Shown one piece after another: positions 15,053 to 20,000 of a stretch of DNA of 20,000 bases. The notes under the pieces are model-generated. The model did no database searches and was not told the DNA's origin. It was given only the letters and a program-made list of their open reading frames with translations. This stretch comes from an uncultured virus (IMG/VR IMGVR_UViG_2706794521_000001) (lineage: Duplodnaviria > Heunggongvirae > Uroviricota > Caudoviricetes), in IMG/VR virus record IMGVR_UViG_2706794521_000001, positions 47,893 through 67,892 of that record; one strand, given 5' to 3'. The translations under genes and the position numbers were made by a program. Positions within the stretch are counted from its first letter, which is position 1; every line of letters starts with the position of its first letter.

Positions 15053-15391
15053 GTGGCCAAGATCAAAACAATCTGGGGACCGCTCACCACACTCAGAGGC
15101 GCTGATCGCTTTGCCTGGTTGTTCTCTGGCGTTCGCGAAGACGGCTCGCGCGCGGAATGGAGGCTTCTGTTCTTCTTCGACTCGAGGAGGTTCACGACCC
15201 GACTGGTCAAGAGGAAAGACGCCGTCCGGACGCTTCAGCGGATGACCGAGCCGGACCTGTTCCGGCTGCCCGAGGTCGCGCGGTCTGAGACGACCGAGGG
15301 GCGCGTGACCGACCTGCTCAGAGCCAGACTGGCGCCCAAGCACATCGCCGAGGCGACTGCGGCAGCGCTGAAGTACGGGGGCGCCAAATGA
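15053..15391 (+). CDS. Hypothetical protein, paralog 2 (112 aa)
   Basis: GTG 2 nt after the previous stop; WLFSGVREDGS...W.L...RRF; C-terminal RARLAPKHIAEATAAAL. Confidence 0.75.
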   Translation: MAKIKTIWGPLTTLRGADRFAWLFSGVREDGSRAEWRLLFFFDSRRFTTRLVKRKDAVRTLQRMTEPDLFRLPEVARSETTEGRVTDLLRARLAPKHIAEATAAALKYGGAK

Positions 15392-15699
15392 CGCCGGAGA
15401 CGCTGCAAACTCATTATCGATTCAGCATGGACCGTTATGCGCAGACCCATGTGACTTTCCGCTGGTATCAAAAGGGACGGCGCTACCCCCGGCATAGCTA
15501 CCGTCTGACCTTTGACCTTGGACGCCGCGTTTTTCTTTTGATGCAGGGCTTCAAGGTGAAGGCCTCAGCCCAGCCAACGTTCCGCGATATCGACGACCAA
15601 CAAATCATCAAAGTCTTCAGGTCTGTCCTGAAGCCCGAGCACGTCGCTCGCTGCAGCGCGGCCAGCATCTCCTACACGGAGGAGCAGGCATGGCTATAA
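15388..15699 (+). CDS. Hypothetical protein, paralog 3 (103 aa)
   Basis: ATGA overlap; FRWYQKGR...Y.LTFD..RRVF; C-terminal RSVLKPEHVARCSAASI. Confidence 0.75.
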   Translation: MTPETLQTHYRFSMDRYAQTHVTFRWYQKGRRYPRHSYRLTFDLGRRVFLLMQGFKVKASAQPTFRDIDDQQIIKVFRSVLKPEHVARCSAASISYTEEQAWL

Positions 15700-15974
15700 T
15701 CACCGATCGCTTCATTGCGACACATCAGCAGCCGCAAAGGATAGGCGAGTTCAAATGGCGCTTCTACGCACGCGGGCGGGCGAGCGCGCAGCCGTATTAC
15801 GAAATCGAGTTTGACGCGCGCTTCCGAGAATTCAAAGGGTGGCGCGCCGAGCCTCGTCGCGACTGGAACACGATGCGTTCCCTCTCGGAAGCGGACATCG
15901 CAAAGTTGCGAGCAATGCTCAGCCCTGCGGACATAGTTCGCTGCACGAAAGCTGCCATGAAGGTGCCGCTATGA
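15690..15974 (+). CDS. Hypothetical protein, paralog 4 (94 aa)
   Basis: GGAGGAG RBS; WRFYARGR...YEIEFD..FREF; C-terminal RAMLSPADIVRCTKAAM. Confidence 0.75.
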   Translation: MAIITDRFIATHQQPQRIGEFKWRFYARGRASAQPYYEIEFDARFREFKGWRAEPRRDWNTMRSLSEADIAKLRAMLSPADIVRCTKAAMKVPL

Positions 15975-17122
15975 CGCCGGCCGACAAGATCTTGATCGCG
16001 CGCACGTCGCTGCTCTGGGACCATCCGTTTTTTGGATCTCTGGCGGTCCAGCTCGATGTGATCGAAAAGCCCGACCTCGATCCGCCGACAATGGCGACCG
16101 ACGGCCGACGGCTGTTCTACAAGCCGGAATTCGTGATGAAGCTTTCCAAGCCGGAAATGATCTTCGTCATGGCCCACGAGGTGCTGCACAACGCCTTCGA
16201 ACATCACATCCGCCGGCAGAGCCGCGAGCCTGGGCTGTGGAATATGGCGTGCGACTACGCCATCAACGGCGAGCTGGTCGAGGCCAAGCTCACCATGCCC
16301 AAGATGGGACTGCTGGACAAACGCTTCACTGGCCTGTCGGCTGAAGAAATCTACCGGATCTTGCAGGACGAGGGCGCAAAAGCGCGCGGCGGGGATCCGG
16401 GCGGATGCGGCGCCGTCATAGACGGCTGCGGCGCGCACGACGAGGCCGAGATCGCCCAGCTTCGCGCCGAGATCCAGATGCAGGTGCGCCAGGCAGCCGC
16501 GATCGCCAAGGGGATCGGGAAGCTGCCGGGCGGCATCCAACGCCTCGTTGACCGGCTGACCACGCCCGTCGTCGACTGGCGCTCGGTGCTGCGGCGTTTC
16601 ATCGACGGTATTCGGACGAGCGACTATTCCTGGATGCGGCCGAACCGGCGCTTCCTTCAATCTGGCTTCGTCCTGCCCTCCATGCGAGCGGATGAGGCTA
16701 TCACTCACCTGGTCGTCGCGATCGACACGTCCGGCAGCATCGACGACAAGGCGCTGGTCACTTTCGCGAGCGAGGTCAATGGAGCCTTCGGTGACGGAAT
16801 GATCGACAAGGTGACGGTGATCTATGCCGACGCCGCGGTTGCTCGAGTCGAAGAGTTCGAAACCGGCGACGAGCTCGACATGCGGCCGGAAGGCGGCGGC
16901 GGGACGGCGTTCTCGGATACCTTCCGCTGGATTGCCAAGAACGTCCCGGACGCATCGGCCATCATCTACTTCACCGATCTCTACGTCTGCGACTTCGGCG
17001 ACGAGCCATCGTCGCCAGTGCTCTGGGCGGTATACGGCGACAGCCGGGAGATGGACGCACTGATCGCCAAAACGCCGTTCGGCGAGGGGATCAAGATAAT
17101 CACAGAAGGGAGGGTGCCGTGA
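15971..17122 (+). CDS. DUF2201-type protein: N-terminal HExxH putative metallopeptidase plus C-terminal vWA domain
   Basis: HPFFG, TMATDGR, AHEVLH, WNMACDYAIN; vWA MIDAS DTSGS, GGGT, YFTD. ATG 15971 overlaps the previous stop. Confidence 0.92.
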   Translation: MTPADKILIARTSLLWDHPFFGSLAVQLDVIEKPDLDPPTMATDGRRLFYKPEFVMKLSKPEMIFVMAHEVLHNAFEHHIRRQSREPGLWNMACDYAINGELVEAKLTMPKMGLLDKRFTGLSAEEIYRILQDEGAKARGGDPGGCGAVIDGCGAHDEAEIAQLRAEIQMQVRQAAAIAKGIGKLPGGIQRLVDRLTTPVVDWRSVLRRFIDGIRTSDYSWMRPNRRFLQSGFVLPSMRADEAITHLVVAIDTSGSIDDKALVTFASEVNGAFGDGMIDKVTVIYADAAVARVEEFETGDELDMRPEGGGGTAFSDTFRWIAKNVPDASAIIYFTDLYVCDFGDEPSSPVLWAVYGDSREMDALIAKTPFGEGIKIITEGRVP

Positions 17123-17364
17123 GCGTTGTAGCGTTCTCTCGTTGGCGGTTTTCGCGGGTCTGCATAATCTGCGAAGAGGGCGAGACTTGCCACTGCACCG
17201 ACGAGATCAAGGGAAGCTTATGGCTGCTCAACGGTACGAGCGGCATGGTTCAACAATTCCACGGGGGCAGCTCGTTCTACGGCACTTGGGCCGACGGCCG
17301 AACGGGCGCGATGGAGACACTGGACGACTGCAAAGCGGCTGTCGAGAAGGCGGTGTGGCATTGA
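17119..17364 (+). CDS. Phage hypothetical protein
   Basis: GTGA overlap, GGAGG RBS, CxxC...CxC near the N-terminus. Confidence 0.6.
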   Translation: MSVVAFSRWRFSRVCIICEEGETCHCTDEIKGSLWLLNGTSGMVQQFHGGSSFYGTWADGRTGAMETLDDCKAAVEKAVWH

Positions 17365-17627
17365 AATCGCTCATCCTCACCAAGGCCGAGTTCGACGCGC
17401 TGGATGAGTATAGCGCGACGCTGCCAACGGGCACCACGCCGGGGAAGCGCTGGAAGCGCCACGACGGCGCATTCGACCAGGAGTTCATCGCCGGCGGTGG
17501 CCGGCCGAAGTGGATGATCGGCGAATTCGGGGAGATCAGCGGGGACGGCAAGACGATCGCGCTCAACTGGTACATCCCGGTCATCGTGGTGCCGGGGTCC
17601 GGAATGCAGTCGGGGAGGGTCGTATGA
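17361..17627 (+). CDS. Phage hypothetical protein (88 aa)
   Basis: TTGA overlap start; LDEYSATLPTGTTPGKRWKR. Confidence 0.7.
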   Translation: MKSLILTKAEFDALDEYSATLPTGTTPGKRWKRHDGAFDQEFIAGGGRPKWMIGEFGEISGDGKTIALNWYIPVIVVPGSGMQSGRVV

Positions 17628-17959
17628 CGGGCGATCGCATCCCTTGCGTTAATCCGCGCTGCCGCAGAACGGCCGCCCAGGAGAAATTCCCGGATAGCCA
17701 CGAGATCATCTGCGGCAGGTGCTTCCGGGCGCTGCCTGCGGCGTTCCGCGCCGAGCACCGTCGCTGCTGGCGCGAGATCAACAAGTGGGAGCGGAGGATC
17801 CTGCGCACCGCCGATCCGCTTAAAGCCCAGCGCATGCGCGACATTTGCAACGAATGGGTCGACCGCCTTAACGCGGGCTGGATCGAAATACGCCGATCGA
17901 TCGAACGGCCCGACAAACCCGTCGGGCTCGACGCATTTCTAGAGGAGGTCGGGCTTTGA
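17624..17959 (+). CDS. Putative zinc-binding phage protein
   Basis: ATGA overlap; CVNPRC...ICGRC (four Cys). Confidence 0.7.
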   Translation: MTGDRIPCVNPRCRRTAAQEKFPDSHEIICGRCFRALPAAFRAEHRRCWREINKWERRILRTADPLKAQRMRDICNEWVDRLNAGWIEIRRSIERPDKPVGLDAFLEEVGL

Positions 17960-18177
17960 GCGACGCTTACCGGACTGTCACCGCCCTTGTCCGCCAAGTC
18001 CGCGAGAACTCCATCATGGTTGAGGTCGCTAGCCGGCAAGGATGGCAGTCGATCCCGCGCTCGCTGATTCACGGCGCCGATGAGATCAAGCTGGATCGAA
18101 TAGACTTCTCAGGCCACGGCCAGGAGCACACATTCAGATTGATGGAATGGAAGGCAGAGGAGCTTGGGCTCGCATGA
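17956..18177 (+). CDS. Phage hypothetical protein (small beta protein)
   Basis: GAGGAGG RBS, TTG start; W.SIPRSLI...MEWKAEELGL. Confidence 0.75.
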   Translation: MSDAYRTVTALVRQVRENSIMVEVASRQGWQSIPRSLIHGADEIKLDRIDFSGHGQEHTFRLMEWKAEELGLA

Positions 18178-18620
18178 CGCCAATGATCATCCATCGCTAC
18201 TCGATCCCGCTGGCCGATGTTGTCAAGGCGCTGATCGATGTGGGCGACTGTGAGAAGATCGGCGCGGTTCTCGTCGGCGAGAACCTGGTCGTCGACATCA
18301 TCGCCTCGGCCGGAACCGAGGTCGGCGTGGAAGATGCAGACTTTGGCGAGATCGAGGCTCCACCACCGGCGCCCGAGCCGCCGCCAAGCCCGCCGGAGCG
18401 CAAGGGAGGCCCGCTGGCCCAGAAGGCGGGGATCCTCTGCAACGAGGGCGCGTTCCAACTCTGGGCGGAGGTGCGGACGCCCGATGCCGCCAAGGCATTC
18501 ATCTATCAGCGCTGTGGCGTCGAGTCGCGCATCGACCTGGACCACGAGGAAGAGCCAGCGGCGAAATTCCGCGAGCTTTGCCTCGAGTATCAGGTCTGGT
18601 TGGAGATGCCGGACCAATGA
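18174..18620 (+). CDS. Phage hypothetical protein
   Basis: GAGGAG upstream, ATGA overlap; Pro-rich linker, then AGILCNEGAFQLW...CGVESRIDLD. Confidence 0.75.
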   Translation: MTPMIIHRYSIPLADVVKALIDVGDCEKIGAVLVGENLVVDIIASAGTEVGVEDADFGEIEAPPPAPEPPPSPPERKGGPLAQKAGILCNEGAFQLWAEVRTPDAAKAFIYQRCGVESRIDLDHEEEPAAKFRELCLEYQVWLEMPDQ

Positions 18621-18636
18621 ACGGTGGACATCAGCC

Positions 18637-18942
18637 ATGCCGCTATTGACGCCAGAGGAGGCCTGCGCGGAACTCGGGATCGGCGAAGACACCTTGCGCG
18701 CTATGCGCAAGGCGGGCGAAATCCCGTATATCAACGTCGGGCAGGGGAAGAAGCGCGAGACGCCGCGGTATGAGCTCGACGATCTCAATGCCTGGAAGGC
18801 GAAGAGAAAGAAGGTCGCAGAATGTCCGTCTATAGAAGGCCCGGTTCCAAGGACGGTGCGTTCTCGTACGACTTCCAGCTCGGCGGTCGCCGATTTTCTG
18901 GAAGCACTGAACGCAAAACGAAGCGGGAAGCCGAACAGGTAG
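18637..18942 (+). CDS. xis: Excisionase-like HTH (MerR-like/HTH_17)
   Basis: MPLLTPEEACAELGIGEDTLRAMRKAGEIPYI...RYELDDLNAW; overlaps the int start by 121 nt. Confidence 0.85.
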   Translation: MPLLTPEEACAELGIGEDTLRAMRKAGEIPYINVGQGKKRETPRYELDDLNAWKAKRKKVAECPSIEGPVPRTVRSRTTSSSAVADFLEALNAKRSGKPNR

Positions 18943-20000
18943 AACGCTTGAAGCGCGAGGAGGCTCGCGCGATCGTGAAGGCCGAAGCGGCACTATTTGC
19001 GCCGGATCTGACGCTGCTGAACGCCACGGCGCGATACTGGCAGGAAGTCGGACAGCATCACGAGAATGCCTCAAACACTCTTTGGTCGATGGGCTGGCTG
19101 AAGGATCACTTCGGCGAATCGATCCTGCTGCAGGAGATCGACGACAGCAAGGTTGCCACGATGGTGGCGAAGCGCCGTGGCGAATTCGTCCCTTCGCAGC
19201 GCAAGCCTGGTCGCAAATACAAGACGCCGGAGGCCAGAAAGCGGGTCAGCGCCGCCACGGTAAACCGCACCGCAACCCAGCCTTTGAGGGAGATCATCTT
19301 GCGCGCGGGCGCCCTGTGGGGCGCTCGGACCGCGACCATCGACTGGTCGAAGCACCTTCTGCCGGAGCCGAAAGAGCGCGTTCGGGAGGCCAGCAGCGGT
19401 GAAGAAGCCGCCATCATGGCGGAGCTGGCGCGCGGTTACGACGTCGCTGTGGAGTTCGCGTTCGTCAACGGCTGTCGGCGGATGGAGATCTTGGGGCTGG
19501 AATGGTCTCGGGTCGATTTCTTCGGCCGCCAGTTCACCGTGATCGGGAAGGGCAACAAGAGCCGGGTCATTCCAATGACCAAGCGGACGTTCGAGATCCT
19601 ATGGGCGCAGCAGAACTACCACGCCGAGAAGGTGTTCACCTATGTCGCCGCGCGCACGGTCAAGATGGGCAATCGCGGGCTGATCAAGGGCAACCGCTAT
19701 CCGCTGACCGAGGCAGGGCTGAAGATCGCCATGCGCCGCGCCGTTCCGAAGGCCGGGGTGAAGAACTTCCACTTCCACGACACCCGCCACACCGCCGCAA
19801 CACGCGTGCTGCGCAACAGCAATTTGAAGGTCGTGCAGCAGCTCCTCGGCCACGAGGACATCAAGACGACGACCAAATACGCTCACGCGATGATGGACGA
19901 TGTGTTGAGGGCGATGGAAGCAGCCGGTCCCACGGAAAGTCCCACGGAAACCGCAAAGACTGACATCAAAGCTTTGAAAGATATAGGTAAAGCCGGCTGA
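18822..20000 (+). CDS. int: Tyrosine recombinase/phage integrase
   Basis: Catalytic residues R (GCRRMEI), K (GKGNK), HxxR (FHDTRH), H (LLGH), Y (TTTKY). Confidence 0.97.
   Translation: MSVYRRPGSKDGAFSYDFQLGGRRFSGSTERKTKREAEQVERLKREEARAIVKAEAALFAPDLTLLNATARYWQEVGQHHENASNTLWSMGWLKDHFGESILLQEIDDSKVATMVAKRRGEFVPSQRKPGRKYKTPEARKRVSAATVNRTATQPLREIILRAGALWGARTATIDWSKHLLPEPKERVREASSGEEAAIMAELARGYDVAVEFAFVNGCRRMEILGLEWSRVDFFGRQFTVIGKGNKSRVIPMTKRTFEILWAQQNYHAEKVFTYVAARTVKMGNRGLIKGNRYPLTEAGLKIAMRRAVPKAGVKNFHFHDTRHTAATRVLRNSNLKVVQQLLGHEDIKTTTKYAHAMMDDVLRAMEAAGPTESPTETAKTDIKALKDIGKAG
19927..19950 (+). repeat. Perfect 12-bp tandem repeat, candidate integrase arm-type sites
   Basis: GTCCCACGGAAA twice (19927-19938, 19939-19950) in the int 3' end. 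Confidence 0.6.

Larger units (their letters stand above)
1..20000. mobile_element. Temperate phage/prophage: immunity region, early operons and xis-int end
   Basis: Divergent cI/cro pair with operators, YqaJ-RecT recombination module, SSB, helicase, HNH, xis and tyrosine integrase; dense small genes coupled by ATGA/TGATG overlaps. Confidence 0.97.

Overview
GC-rich temperate phage/prophage segment. The host is probably a Rhizobiales alphaproteobacterium, inferred from the GcrA-, GapR- and CtrA-like genes and the SSB style. The window covers the immunity region and both early operons. Leftward arm: cro, a cII-position gene, GcrA-like, GapR/DUF2312-like, RuvC-like resolvase, a Cys-rich exported protein, and a degenerate CtrA/OmpR-like receiver protein that runs off the window and is absent from the ORF track. 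Centre: cI, an antisense overlapping ORF, an Arc-like regulator, an exported protein and a structured non-coding stretch. Two near-identical promoters each carry three 13-bp operators. Rightward arm: YqaJ exonuclease, RecT, a DnaQ/ExoX-like exonuclease with a probable +1 frameshift, a stand-alone HTH, a RecD-like helicase, an HNH nuclease, a J-domain protein, SSB, a MoxR-type AAA+ ATPase, a DUF2201-type HExxH/vWA protein, xis and a tyrosine integrase. Two things stand out: (1) four tandem, diverged paralogous ~100-aa genes wedged between the AAA+ ATPase and its vWA/metallopeptidase partner, a candidate adaptor array; (2) a co-transcribed set of host cell-cycle regulator look-alikes (GcrA, GapR, pseudo-CtrA). 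All family calls are by-eye motif recognition; no database search was run.
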